In this document: positions 1 to 12,569 of the stretch, in pieces
How the letters are laid out: each line of letters starts with the position of its first letter
Position numbering within the stretch: position 1 is the stretch's first letter
Source: Hypanus sabinus
Lineage: Eukaryota
DNA length: 64,000 nt
Reading direction: 5' to 3'
NCBI RefSeq assembly: GCF_030144855.1
Contig: NC_082731.1
Span: forward strand, 9,982,001-10,046,000
Program-made: the position numbers and the translations under genes
The notes under the pieces: model-generated
Databases searched by the model: none
Seen by the model: the letters and a program-made list of their open reading frames with translations, nothing else
What the model was told of the DNA's origin: nothing

Positions 1-200
1 TGAAGATTAATCATTGTAAATGCAGAGGAGAACATAGTGCAGCTAATAATTTCAACAAGTTGAAGTACAGTTAGGTGTGATTTATGCAGAAGCTGAGGCA
101 AAATTCAAACCAAATGCTGATAAAGTATTACCAGTCAGAGAACAGAGTGTGAAGTCTAAACACAAAAATACAACTGCAGATGCTGTGGATCAAAGAATAC

Positions 201-361
201 GTACACAACGCTGGAGGAAGTCAGCAGGTCAGGCAGCATCCATGAGAAAAGAGTAGCCAACGTTTCGGGCCATTCCTGATGAAGGCTCTCGGCCCGAAAC
301 GTTGGCTACTCTTTTCTCACGGATGCTGCTTGACCTGCTGAGTTCCACCAGCGTGGTGTAC
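201..361. repeat. Palindromic short element (71-bp inverted arms, 19-nt loop)
   Basis: 201-271 is the reverse complement of 291-361 with 5 mismatches counted by hand. Confidence 0.9.
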
Positions 362-459
362 AGAATGTAAGTCAGTGGCTATTTGTCAACATCATACTTC
401 TCTTACTAAAGATATTTTACTAGTTGATAAAATGAAGTTTGTGATGTTCATAACTGTAA

Positions 460-1020
460 GTCATAGGAACAGAATTAGGCCATTTGGCCCATCAGGTCTG
501 CTGTGCCATTCAATCATGGCTGACCTTTTTTTCTCCTCCTCAACCCCAGTTCCCGGCCTTCTCCCCGTAACTCTGGACGCCATGTCCAATCAAGAGCCTA
601 CCAAACTCTGCCTTAAATACAGCCAGCAACCTGGCCTCCACAGCTGCCTATGCAACAAATTCCACAAATTCACCACCCTTTGGCTAAAGGAATTTATCCA
701 CATCTCTGATTTGAAAAGGTGCCCCTCTATCCTGAGGCTGTGCTCTCCTGTCCTTGACTCTCCCACCATGGGAATCATCCTTTCCACATCTATTCTGTCA
801 AGGCTTTTCAATATTTAAAAGGTTTCCATGAGATCCCTCCCCCTCCACCCCCAATACCCTTCTGAATTCCAGTGAGTACAGACCCAGAGCAATCAAACGC
901 TCCTTTCATTCCTGGAATTATCCTTGTGAACCTCCACTGAACCCTCTCCAATGCCAGCATATCCGTTCTAAGATGAACTGTTCACAATCCTCAAGATGAG
1001 GCCTCACCAGTGCCTTATAA
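460..1020 (-). mobile_element. CR1 LINE 3' fragment
   Basis: ORF 590-811 (-) ...GESRTGEHSLRIEG...FSQRVVNLWNLL matches the CR1 ORF2 C-terminus; a CR1-type 3' UTR lies at about 460-560. Confidence 0.85.
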
Positions 1021-1989
1021 ATGCTCAGCAGATGTGTTTAATTGTGGTGCTTAAGCTTCTAGTCATACAGATAAAATTAAAATTATTGTGAAAGCTGCAA
1101 GAAAAGTATTGGGTATAACTGGTGTTATGTGGGAAGCTGTAAATGAAGCTCTGATGGGTGGGGTATCTGTATTTCAGTCTCTTTGTGAAGGTACATAACG
1201 GGCATACGAATATTGCAATAGAATGCGAGAAGCCTGATTTCCAATAGTTCAGACTTTAAAACAGGTTACTTCTGAGTTATCACATTTACCAAATGTATTC
1301 GGGAAACCTGGTTTCTTTCTCTTGCAGGATTATTAGGCGTGATAGTCTAGTTGGTAAGAAGGGTAGTTTTACAGATTTTATAAGGAAAGTTATAGGACAT
1401 AGAGTTGAGGACGTATATTAAATGTATGAAGAATGGAGTAGAAGTATTTGATTCAAACGGTAAGGGCATTAAAGTGGTTATTTCTTATAACCCTTATGAA
1501 AAGCCCTCAATTTTGTTGGAAAGCACATGTAGCTTCAGCTTACTAAGGGTCGAATGGTGTGGGGATTTTAATCCAGATATTTCACTGTGAGGATGTTTGC
1601 AGAGTAATGGTTTGATTGTAGAAGAATTTTTAGATATTTCACATCTTTGTGTCTTAATGATGGGAGGGGCATGAAACTAATCATTTATAACCGTTCTGAA
1701 ACAGCTATATGTTTACCTTTAGTTTCGAACATTCAGGCTGGTGTGAGTGGGTGATCAAATAATTGGAAATGATCATTTTCCTATATAAAACAATAAGATA
1801 TTGGAGTAGAAGTACGCCAATCAGCCCATTGAGTCTGTTCTGCCATTCAATCATGGCTGATCCAATTCTTCCAGTCATCCCAATTCCCTTGCCTACTCCC
1901 CGTACACTTTAATCATGTGGCTAATCAAGAATTAGCAAATAATAAGGATAACCAGTGGTCACATAAATGGGGTTTTAAGCTTTCAGTAA

Positions 1990-2750
1990 CTAAACCACAA
2001 GTTGTATGTTTTACAAAGAGGATCAATAAATCTGGGAAATCCTGCTTTCTCTGGCAAACAAATCGTAGGGGTTCAGCGAAATAGCCTCCCAGTCTGCGTC
2101 GAGTCTCACCAATATATAGAAGGCCGCACCAGGAGCACCGGATGCAGTATATCACACCTGCAGACTGTGATATACATATATATATACATATACATATACA
2201 TATATATATATAAGGTGAAGTGTCACCTCAACTGGAAGGACAATCTGTGGCACTGAATGGTGGTGAGAGAGGAAGTTTAAGGGCAGGTGTTGCACTTGTT
2301 CCACTTAAAAGGGTAAGTGTCAAGAGGAATTTTGACAGGAAGGGTTGGGGGGGAAGGAATGGACAAGGGAGTCACGTAGGCAGCGATCCCTGCAGAAAGC
2401 AGAAAGCGGGGGAGGAGGAAAGCTGTGCTTGGTAGTGGGATCCCGCTGGAGGCGGTGGAAGTTACGGAGAATTATATGATGGACCCGGAAGCTGGTGGGG
2501 TAATTGGTGACGACCAGGGGATCTCTATCCCTAGTGGGTGGCTGGAGGACGGGATGAGAGCAGATGTGTGCGAAAAGGGAGAGATGCATGTGAGAGCAGA
2601 GTTGATGGTGGAGAAAGAGAAGCCTTTAAAAAAGACACTTCCTTTGTCCTGAAATGAAAAGCGTCATCCTGACAGCAGATGCGGCAGAGATAGAGGAATT
2701 GCGAGAATTCCAACTTCATGCTTTTCAAAAGCTCCAGCCCATCTTTTTTC
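1990..2750 (-). mobile_element. Penelope-like element fragment (GIY-YIG endonuclease)
   Basis: ORF 1925-2155 (-) IYCIRCSWCGLLYIGETRRRLG is the Penelope GIY-YIG signature. Confidence 0.85.
2170..2212. repeat. (TA)n/(TACATA)n microsatellite inside the Penelope fragment
   Basis: Directly visible. Confidence 0.95.
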
Positions 2751-3819
2751 TTAATTTCTACATGCTCAAGTTTATCTACATACTCAAGCTATTTCTACAT
2801 GCTCAAGCTTGTTCAAATTCTTTTTCGGCTTCGACTAGTATTAAAACACATTGTTCCAGCAGTAGGGTAGATTTTCTGCTGGAAGCTCTTCAAAATTTAT
2901 TTCGTTTTCAAAGTATTGGTTTACAGGTCTACTTCTTATGGGTCCTTGCACATAGTTGTTGAAGGGAGTTTCGTTATGACCTGCGTCCCTACTTCTGGAA
3001 ACATCTGGAATACATTTGAAAAAAATATATACACACGTTCCACACATTAATTAATACTATTGTCTCCTAGCGGACACTGCAATCTACGGTGAGGGACAGA
3101 TTTTCTTTCAGCTCCGTTGGGAAGGACATCAGTTCAAGGTACATTTGAAGTAACAGTTCGCTCATCCCCTCTGCATCCCTTTGCCTCCCGTCTCCTGTAG
3201 TGCTGTTAAGAGCAGGCACCTGTGGCAAGATGCAGGCTGATGCCGGCCTCACCAAGTAATCAAGAGGCAAAATTTGGCATGTCCTTGTTGAAACAGTACA
3301 AATAGAAGGCAGGGGTACAGTGCCTGGTTCATCTTCAGAATTTGGTGCTAATTATTTGTTTTAAAACAGAGGTAGACACTGCCATCCTTTGCCTGTTCTT
3401 CCTCTGCTTTTCAATTCTTTAACTTTTACTCACATTATCTTTTTTCACAAGATTCATCTCAATGTTTTCGCATTTCACATCTACATTCAACAATCTACAG
3501 CCTTCCCACATTTTCCTTTTTCTAACAATGGCTGTAGACACTCATTTAGTCCATTCCAACCCATACAATGTATTTAACATTCTTAATTGCATGAAAAGTA
3601 AATTGAAACATCCGATGATATTTTGAGTGTCCCTTAGTTTTTGGGTGTATTTCACATCATTACGTTTTTTATAATCTCGTCTGTCTCCGTCACACACTAC
3701 CATGTAAAGGGAATCTATGTTCAAGGCTAATTACCCACAGCAACTTTCATTCTCACCTATCAGTCTGCATTGGCAATATTGGCGCCGGCGGTCTCACTTT
3801 AAAGCAAAGAAGAGAAAAT

Positions 3820-4005
3820 CTGCTGTTGCTGGAAATCTAAGCACGCACACAAAATGCTGGAGGAGCTCAGCAGACCAGGCAGCATCTATGGAAAAGTGTA
3901 CAGGACACCGATGAATGATCTCGCCCAGAACATCAACTGTACTGTTGTTTTTTTTTCCATAGATGCTGCCTGTCCTGCTTAGTTCCTCTAGCATTTTGCG
4001 TGTGT
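3820..4005. repeat. Palindromic short element, same family as 201-361
   Basis: Arm cacacaaaatgctggaggagctcagcagaccaggcagcatctatggaaaa pairs with ttttccatagatgctgcctgtcctgcttagttcctctagcattttgcgtgtg. Confidence 0.8.
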
Positions 4006-5399
4006 CACTTTAAAGATTTGACTAAACACTGCCGAGGTCATCCTCTACTGGATGTTGACTTCCACAGTATGCAGAGGCCTCAATACGCAATGTGTTCCCA
4101 CCTGGATTGTTGAGCCTATAATCACGCTATCACAGAATATGTTTCTCGGTCCTATCTTCCCTGTATCCTTTCATCTCAGTCAGAGAATAGAGTGGCCATG
4201 TGTTGTGGCATTCACCGTGGGCAGAAAATTGCATTACCGAAACTCGAACGCTGCCTGTCTGCTCACATTGGAAGAACAATTTAGTACTTGTATGCATCTC
4301 CCTGTACTTTACTTACATTGGTAGACCAATTTGATTTGGAAAGTTTTAACATTTCTAATAGAAAAAGGCGATGGCCTTGACATGGATAAATTATCTGCAC
4401 CAGTACTGGCTCCCTGTACAGTTGTTTAAATAACAGAACCTGATGGAGCACACCTACTCCCACCATAGTAACTGGAATAACATCCCAATTCCATTATGCC
4501 AGGATGAAAACCCTTCAGCGGTGTTGAAACCCAAGAGGAGCTAAAATCTGATCCCGTTGCCCGTCAAGCAAGAACTTGTGTTGAATCACTCGAGGCCCCA
4601 AATCATGGGAAAATATATTATCTCGGCAATAGATTATATGCGTGTCGCTGTTGCAACAGATACTACTCGTCTTTTACTTGAGACATATTACTGTCAAAAT
4701 GTCAACAAAGAGTATCCAATAAAATGCTCATGGACTGCGTTTTAACCACTGGAAATTCTGTCTCAAGTTCTCATGTTGATTACTTTTTGATGTATATTTC
4801 ACTATTCAGTGATGTGGATAAAGTGGAACTAGAATAATAATTAAACCTGCATGTTGAGTAAAGGGAATAAGTTAGGGATTTCAATCATACAAACAGCTGT
4901 CTTTGAGGCTGAAGACCAATCAAATCATCTTCTGGAGAATTGGACACATTCTGAAAGAACAGAACTAATAAACTAGTATAATTAATTTTATTGATGACTG
5001 TTCCCTTAGCAATATTGTTAATTAAATAATTAATGTGTTTGTTCATCACTGTCGAAGAAATGTAATCTGTAATTTCCCAACTAATTGAGATCTCAATAAT
5101 GTAAACAGTTGATTTTGATACACTGTGTAAAACTCCATTTAATATTATAAGACTTTTGTGAAAATTATTGTTCTTTTCTTGAAACAACTACCAAATATCA
5201 TCACCTGAAAGTCAAAGTCAGAAATTTCCAGCCACAAAATCTTGAAAAGAGTGAGGGGAATAAAGTTTAAAAAGCAATGCTAGCTTCATGCAAATGGTTC
5301 ATAATTGTTGGTCACAACAAACTATCGTGGAATTTAAATCTCAAAGTTTCACAATTTTGTATGGGGAAGATAATGCCTCATAAGCATGACTCAGATTCT

Positions 5400-5920
5400 G
5401 GAGGAGGTGAAAAAATCTATGAAGGTAAAATAGTGAATGTGGTCTACATGAATTTTAGAAAGTGTTTGACAAAGTTCCCCAGGCAGGCTTTTTACAGAAT
5501 GACAGGATATGAAGATATAGGCAGGATGCAGGGGTGGGTAAAGATATGGCAAATGGAGATCAATCTAGAAAAGTGAGAAGTGATACACTTTGAAAGGTTG
5601 AACTTGAAGAAAGCACAGGTTTAATGATAGTATATTTAGAGGTATGGAGGAACAGAGAGGTTTTGATGTCTGAGTAAACCCTAGGGGAGATATCAAAATA
5701 GATCTTTTGTTTACACAGCGAGTGCTAGGTGCATGTAACTGTTTGCTATGGTCCTAGTAAAGGCATATACAATAGGAACATTCAAGTGACTCTTAGATAG
5801 GGTTACAGGTGTAGGAAAATGGCGGGCTATGGGCTGTGTAAGAAGGAGCGATATAATTGATCATTTAGTAGATTTATATAGGTTAACTCAACATCTTGGG
5901 CCAAGGCCTGAACTGTTCCC
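5400..5920 (+). mobile_element. Old CR1 RT fragments
   Basis: ORF 5277-5576 contains VNVVYMNFRKCLTKFP, resembling CR1 VDVVYLDFQKAFDKVP. Confidence 0.6.
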
Positions 5921-6799
5921 TGTTCCAAGTTCCACGTTTATTGTGCCACACAGCATTGAATCAATTGATGCTGAATCTCATCACGTGATAGTAACATAAA
6001 CTAGGGCAAGGAAATAATTACTAAAGGATGACAGGCATGTTAAGAGACCAGAACATTTACCGATGGAATTCGAGCGTCCCGATAATTAAAAGCTAATTGT
6101 AACAAACAAAATATGAGTTTGTCCAATAGGAGAGAATTAGATAACTGAATTTTGTTTGGAGATCGACAGCGACTTAGCTTACAGAAATAGGAGGCTTAAG
6201 ATCATAGAGAAACCGGAGGAAGACAAGGATTTCAAAACTCCTCAAATGGGATCCAAGAATACGGTGAATAATATTGGAAGGATTCAGCACTGAGCAAGAC
6301 TAGTTTAAAAGTGATGGACGGCAGAGACATGCAGATTTCTTGGTTGTCGAAGTCTATATTTTCATTTATATTTATCATTATTATTGTTATGAGCAGAGAG
6401 ACAACATCTGCCGGAAGTAAATTCCTTGTATATGCACACGGTACTTGGCGATTAAAGTCTGATTCTGATTCTGATTTGAAGGAAAATACACAATGTTTGT
6501 GCTTCAAAAGTGTCACCTACAGGGAGAAAAAACATGGGTCGTCCTTTCAAGGACACATGCACTAACACAGTAAATCATGCCAGCTTACAGTGTGGACATT
6601 AATATTATATAATCATAAAACACAGAAGTAGGGCATTCAGTCCAACATGTCCACACTGACAAGTGAGGACCCATCATGATTAATCCTACCTTCCATCACT
6701 CGGCTCAAAGCCAGAAAGCTGATTCCTGTGCTCCAGATTAATTTTAAATGCTGTCAACAATTCTCTTTCTCTGTTCCCTCTCGGCACTAAATGATTATG

Positions 6800-7740
6800 G
6801 AGGTATTAGAGATCTATGAAGGATGACTAAATTCTGCAATGGCTTCGGGGAATTAGAAACTTGCAAAAGTCTCTTCACTCTTCAAAGCGATAAGAAGACA
6901 AAAGACAGTAAATTATAGGATTGATAGCAGCTGTGAAGTTGTTGGAGTCCATTAGTAAGGATGAGGTTTCAGTGTACTTGGAGGCACGTGATAAAATAGA
7001 CCGAGGTCAGCATGGTTTACTTAAGGGGTGATCTTAACTGACAAATCTGTTGCAACTCAAAGAAGAAATGACAAGCAAGACTGACAAAGAAGGGTCAGTA
7101 GATGTTGTTTACTTTTATTTTCAGAAGGCCTTTGACGATATGAAAATAGTGGAGGAGTAAGAGGGGAGTCTACAGAAAAGTTAGACAGATTAGGAGAATG
7201 GGCACATTTAATTTGAGGCAGTGAATTGTATGGTAATGCAGTTTGGTAGGACGAATAAAGGCGTACACTATTTCCAAAGCGGGGCGACTTGTCCCTCTTA
7301 GCCCCAATCTCCTCCCAGTAATCTTTGACGCCTTTATTAAATCAAGAACCTATCAAACCTCACTGGATTATTGGAAGCAATTTTGGCCCTCTTATCTATG
7401 AAAGGACGTGCTGACGTTGGAGAGTGGAGTTGGAGAAGGTGCTTTCTGCAGCGGGTGAATCTGAGACCAGAGGGCGCTGCCTCAGAATACAAAGATATCC
7501 CTTTAGAACAGAAGTGAGGAGGATTTCTTTAGCTAGGTGGTAATGAACCTGTGGAATTCATTGCTACACCTAATTGTGCAGGCCAAGTTATCGGGTATTT
7601 TTAAAATGGGATTTGATAGGTTTCTGATTGAGAGAGGCTGTCAAAAATAGTGGTAGAATACAGGAGATTGGGATTGAGAGGAATAATAAATTAATCATGA
7701 TGGAATGGCGGAGCAGATTTGATGGGCTGAATGGTGTCTA
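6800..7740 (+). mobile_element. Old CR1 RT/3' fragments
   Basis: cagcatggttt and gatgttgtttacttttattttcagaaggcctttgac motifs are present, with a CR1-like 3' end near 7690-7735. Confidence 0.6.
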
Positions 7741-8109
7741 TTCCAGCGATTGGCAATGATTGAAACCTAAAATGAAAATGAGGTCACTGTTGAAATAGTG
7801 CGAAACAATAAAATCTGCAATTGTTGTAATGTGAATGTTGCAAATTTCTGGAGGTTGTTTGGATCATTGGAGTATTGTTGAGCTCACACTCAATGTGCAC
7901 TCTGTACAGTGTAATAAGTCCTGAATAAAGGAACTTGCTGCTGTCTGACATTTCCTTTGCATGCTCTCCAGATCTGGGCATAATTCAGAAGGCGACTGGG
8001 CCCACGTGATATCCAAATTCAACAAGAAAATCATTCCCATAAAGGTGCGGGACGAATAGTGGATCAGAGACTAGGGTCAGCATCACATCTATTATTAATA
8101 CATGAGTAT

Positions 8110-8290
8110 TAATGGACTTGCACAGTGGCGCATCCAGTAAACTGTTACCTCACAACTCAGCAATCAGTTTTGATCTTGATTCCCTGTGCTGTTTTAGTGG
8201 AGTTTGCATGTCCTCTCATTTACTGTGAGTTTCCTCTATCAACACTGGCTTCCTCCTGCAGCCCAAGATATGGGAGCTGGTGAGCTACTT
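8110..8290 (+). mobile_element. tRNA-derived V-SINE/HE1-like SINE
   Basis: cacagtggcgca...gtggagtttgcatgtcctctc...gtttcct core resembles the elasmobranch HE1/V-SINE consensus as recalled. Confidence 0.6.
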
Positions 8291-8559
8291 AACAATATTA
8301 AAATATATGGACTGTTTAGTAATAGAGGGACTGAAGTCAATGCATGCACAAGTTTCTGCAGATACTGTCAGTCTTGAGAAGTACTGACAAAATGAGCACT
8401 ACTGCAGCACTGCACATTGCTACCCATTATCTACAGACCAAACTGCTCCGTAAGCCTATTGTTTCCACCAGTTTCTGCCCACTGAATTCTGTTCTGCATA
8501 TCTTGATTCCATTTTGTCCCAATTGGATCATTCCTCTCCTTAACCCTCACCATTCCTAC

Positions 8560-9420
8560 CTACATCTGTGACACTTCTCACGCTCTCCATCACAGCAATA
8601 ACTTCCTGATTTCTGGCCCAAATCACATCATCTTCTCCATGGACATCTACTTCCAATTCATATCCATCCCTCATTATGAAGGCGTTATAGATCTCTGCTT
8701 CTTTGAGAACAACCAACCTAACTCGTTTCTCTCCAGGCCATTCTCCTTTGTTTGGCAGAACTGATACTTCCCCTCAACAATATCACTTTTGGCTACTCCA
8801 ACGTTCTCCAGACCAGCAACGTTGCAATGGAAACTTGCAAGGGCCCAAACGACATCTGTCTTTTCGTCAGCTGTGTAAAAGGGTCCGTGTTCCAAGCCTA
8901 CACTAGGAATGCACTCCATTTTTTTCGTTAGTTACATTGAAGACTGCTTCAATGAAGATATGTTTGCTGCTTCCTGCAACCATGCTGAGTTCCTCAATTT
9001 CATTAACTTTAGCTGGAACTTCCACCCAACACTCCAATTTACTTGGTCCATCTCTGTTAGCTGTTTCCCCTTTCCTCAATTTCTCTGTCTCAATCACTGG
9101 AGACAGATTATCTACTGACATATTTTACAAAATCACTGACTCCCACAGTTATTGTGGCATGTTACCACCTTGTCACCAGTAAAAATGCTATTCGTTTCCT
9201 TCAGTTCCTCTATCTCCACAGCATTTTTCTTCAGAATGAGGGATTCCATTTTATAACATCTAAGATGTCCTATTTCAAATTCGATGGTTTCCCTTCTACC
9301 ACAATCGATGCTTCTTTCAACTGCATCTATTGCATTTCTAGCCTAATGTGCCATTATACTGTGCCTACAATGACCATAACAGTGATCGGTTTCCAATTGC
9401 CCTTACCTACCACCTCATGA
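8560..9420 (+). mobile_element. Penelope-like element RT fragment
   Basis: Degraded matches to Penelope RT motifs: FSMDI...SIPH.EG (about 8630-8680), VAMET (for VAMGT, about 8820-8836), YIED (for YIDD, about 8932-8943). Confidence 0.7.
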
Positions 9421-9599
9421 GCCTCTGTATCCATTTTCTACAACTTCTTCAGTGTCCGAGAGAGAAGAATATGTGGCAGGATCAGCACCAGGGGTAACAG
9501 AAATAAGGAGCCTGCGAGACTGCATCCTGAAATGTAAGCCTGGAAAGCAGAGATGAGCCATCTCGGAATCAATGAATCAGAGTGAAGTTCTTCTGTCAA

Positions 9600-12050
9600 A
9601 TCAGATCAAATCATGAATGGAAATTGACAACTGGACTTAAAATTAAATTAGATGGTATAAAGATGCAATGGAGTCAACTAAATCTGGTGATAGTGGGGAG
9701 ATTTTCATGAACACATATACGTGATATTCAATACTGATTCAACATGTTTTCCACATTTCAGACTTGTTGTCTATGTTTCAGGCTGATGGTCGTGAGAGAT
9801 AAGAAGATGCAGCCTGGTACGACTAAGGGATGAAAAAGTACAAGGGTCAAAGTTTACCTAAAAAGCAGCTACTGAGTGCATTATCCGCAGGTTGCTCTCC
9901 AGCCTGTCAGAGAGCCAAGATGGAGAGAGGTAGTTCTGAAGTCCCCCAAATGGGAGCCCCTCTTTTAAATAAGCTGGGAGATCACTAACAATAGGATGCA
10001 TCCTATTAGATTCTGGTGTGTGCTTTTGGAAATGTCATATGACATGTGTCGAGCATTAGAAAAACCCTATCTGGCAAAAAGTAACCCTATAACAGCAAAA
10101 TAACACTTTAACTGAATTTGTACTCATTGAAACATCACAGCGATACTAAGAGCGATGAGCCTCGTGCCCCTCTCATGGGAAAAAAAAATGTTTTCGCCTC
10201 TTAAGATACTGCTACCTAGTGCTGTGACATGTGTGAAGCAGTGCCCGATTACAGTTGGACAGTTGGAAGGCTTGGACACATAGCGGAGCTGCCAAAACAA
10301 TACACAACTTCTGAGTATAATTCATAAGTCTGTTCAGTATGGAAATTAGACAGCAGTTCAAAGATGACGATTTATTATTGCCAGCTTAAAAAAAAGTTCC
10401 TTCGTTAACTGCTGCTGCCCGGACTTGGTGACCTTACTGGACAAATGTTGGAGGGTGACAGGAAGTAGTACGCCACAACAATTCTGTCCAATGCATTCTT
10501 CTCTATTCCTCTGTTGCCAGAGTCCCAATATCGGAGTCGAAGAAAATAGTAAACCTTCACTAGATTGGTTCGGGGTATGTACACAGCAGTACTCTGTGTC
10601 ATAGATTGGTAACGTGGCTCCTCGATGCACTCGAGCTCTCACCTGGTAGCCCACTATGCAGATGACATCATGCTAAGATCTCATTCTGAGGAGGGTTAGC
10701 TGAAGCCCTTGGCAAGCAGGTAAGTCACATGAAGGACAGAATGGGTGGTTCCATAGAAAATACAAGGGCCAAGTCAGACAGTCAAGTTTCTGGGTGGCCA
10801 GTGGTTCACAGGACAGGAAATAATCCTGGGCAAAGTACAAAACAAGATAGTAGAAATAGCTGTCCCTAACAATAATCGGCAGACGCAAAGGCTTGTGGAG
10901 CTATTGGAGGTGGCATAAGCGATACCAAACCGTCTTCCTACGACCTCTTTACAAAGTAACTAGGAAAAAAGGCAACATTTGAAAGGGGTCTAGAGCAAGG
11001 CTGACTGAGAAGCAGAGGCTCTCTCCCTCCCCGCACCCCCACCTTTTACTCAAATTGCCATTTGAGTTACTGATATCTGATCATTAGAACACCGCTCTAC
11101 GGAGTCTGCAGTAAAAACAAAATTGAGTGAACACACCCCAGGGTTCTGGTCCCTTATCCTGCCTGATGCAGCAGAATGATAGACATCCTTCAAAATGCAA
11201 TTGCTTGCCTGTTACCAGATATTTGTGGACTGAGCCTCCACAGAGCGAAGGCAGGATACCAGGCGATCAGACGTTGGTGCTCACGGAGAGCTCTACCGCT
11301 GGATAGAGAGGGAACAACAAACCTCTATTGTAAATTTGAAATAGTATATCGCAGAACTAGAAAGAATGGGTCTAGAGAGGTTCAGAGAATTACAACAACA
11401 TCTAGTCCATGCACCTGTGAGTAGGTACACAGAGACCATTGAACATCCTATCCCAGCGTCTCCTGTTACTTGAGTGACGCCACAAATGCAGCCACCTGAA
11501 TCAAACAAATATCATGCCTGATTTACAGACGGCTCCAGACGCTGAAAAGTTTGTGCACGGGGGTGGAGAATTGTCACATTTAACCCCGTCACAGGAACAG
11601 TTAACAACAGCAACAGAGAGATTGCCGTCAGCCAGGGAGTGAACTGGTGGTAGTCGCCTTGCCACTTCTGTATGAATGTGATCTGCTGCACATGTATACA
11701 GACTCCTTGCCAACAGCAAATTAAATAGTTGTATGGATTGTTGAGTTGCAGAAGAGGAAGAGGCGGATGCCGGGAAAACCCCTGTGAGACAGGTAGTCTG
11801 GGAGCAGATCTGGGAGGTAGTCCAATGAATGAAGATAACACTTTTCTACGTAGATGCCCAACCGAAAACTGCCATTCTCTCTACCACCTTTCATAATAAA
11901 GTGGACCAGCTCGTCTGAGTAAACCAGACTAAAACCTTGATTCCTGGCATTAAGACACTGGGCACATATCATTGCTAGCTATCTGGACATCATAAGCAAC
12001 CATCTATATGACTACAAGATGACATGAATAAGGAGTTACCACTGCAAGCA
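9600..12050 (+). mobile_element. Degraded ERV-L-like (class III) endogenous retrovirus: gag end?, pro, RT, tether, RNase H, start of integrase
   Basis: Collinear motifs: LSNAFFSIP 10484-10510, HYADDIML 10652-10675, KIQGPSQTVKFLGGQW 10757-10804, LYKVTRKK about 10947-10970, GFWSLILPDAAE 11141-11176, QLLACY 11198-11215, A*FTDGS 11516-11536, YTDS 11695-11706. Many stops and frameshifts. Confidence 0.8.
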
Positions 12051-12569
12051 ATGTTTATCAGCAAAGTTCAGAGTTCAGAGTAAATTTATTATGAAAGTAA
12101 ATATAGGTCACCATACACTACCGTCGCATTAACTTTCTTGCGGGCATTCACATACAAAGAAACCCACGCACAACAGATAATAACAACCAATGTTCAATAA
12201 TGATAATAATAACAGTTATGAATATAAACTGAGGCGTTTTCCAAGGTGACTTTCTAAGTCCGCTATGGTTCTAATTAACTGTGAACCCACATTCTAATTT
12301 ACTGAATTGGAACAAAATCGGGTATCAAATGTTAAACAACAAAACGAGCTATACCTTGACACACCGAAACATGGATGACTTGAAATTATATGCTCCTTCA
12401 TCTTTAAAGCCAACACAATTAATTCAAATAGTACAATAACTTTCAAAAGACATGAATATGTACTTTAGAGTGTATAAATGCAGAACATTAAATGTAAAGA
12501 AAGGTTTAATAGAGCGAACAGAAAATAAAACAGAGCAGCAAATGCAAACAACAGTTGGATGTATATGAA

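Larger units (their letters stand above)
1..1790 (+). mobile_element. Degraded I/Nimb-clade LINE (ORF1 end plus APE endonuclease), interrupted by younger inserts
   Basis: Reading across stops gives the zinc-knuckle-like KINHCKCRGEHSAA (about 3-45) and the ORF1 C-terminus DKIKIIVKAARKVLGITGVMWEAVNEAL (about 1070-1155). ORF2 starts ILQ*NARSLI (about 1210-1240), with APE motifs YNP and WCGDFN (about 1486-1571). Confidence 0.65.

Noticed and set aside
7972-8044. Orphan exon-like segment (SGHNSEGDWAHVISKFNKKIIPIK) with plausible AG/GT
   Set aside because: No recognisable homology and no compatible partner exons; similar candidates at about 3071-3255 are also unsupported. Needs RNA-seq or tblastx.
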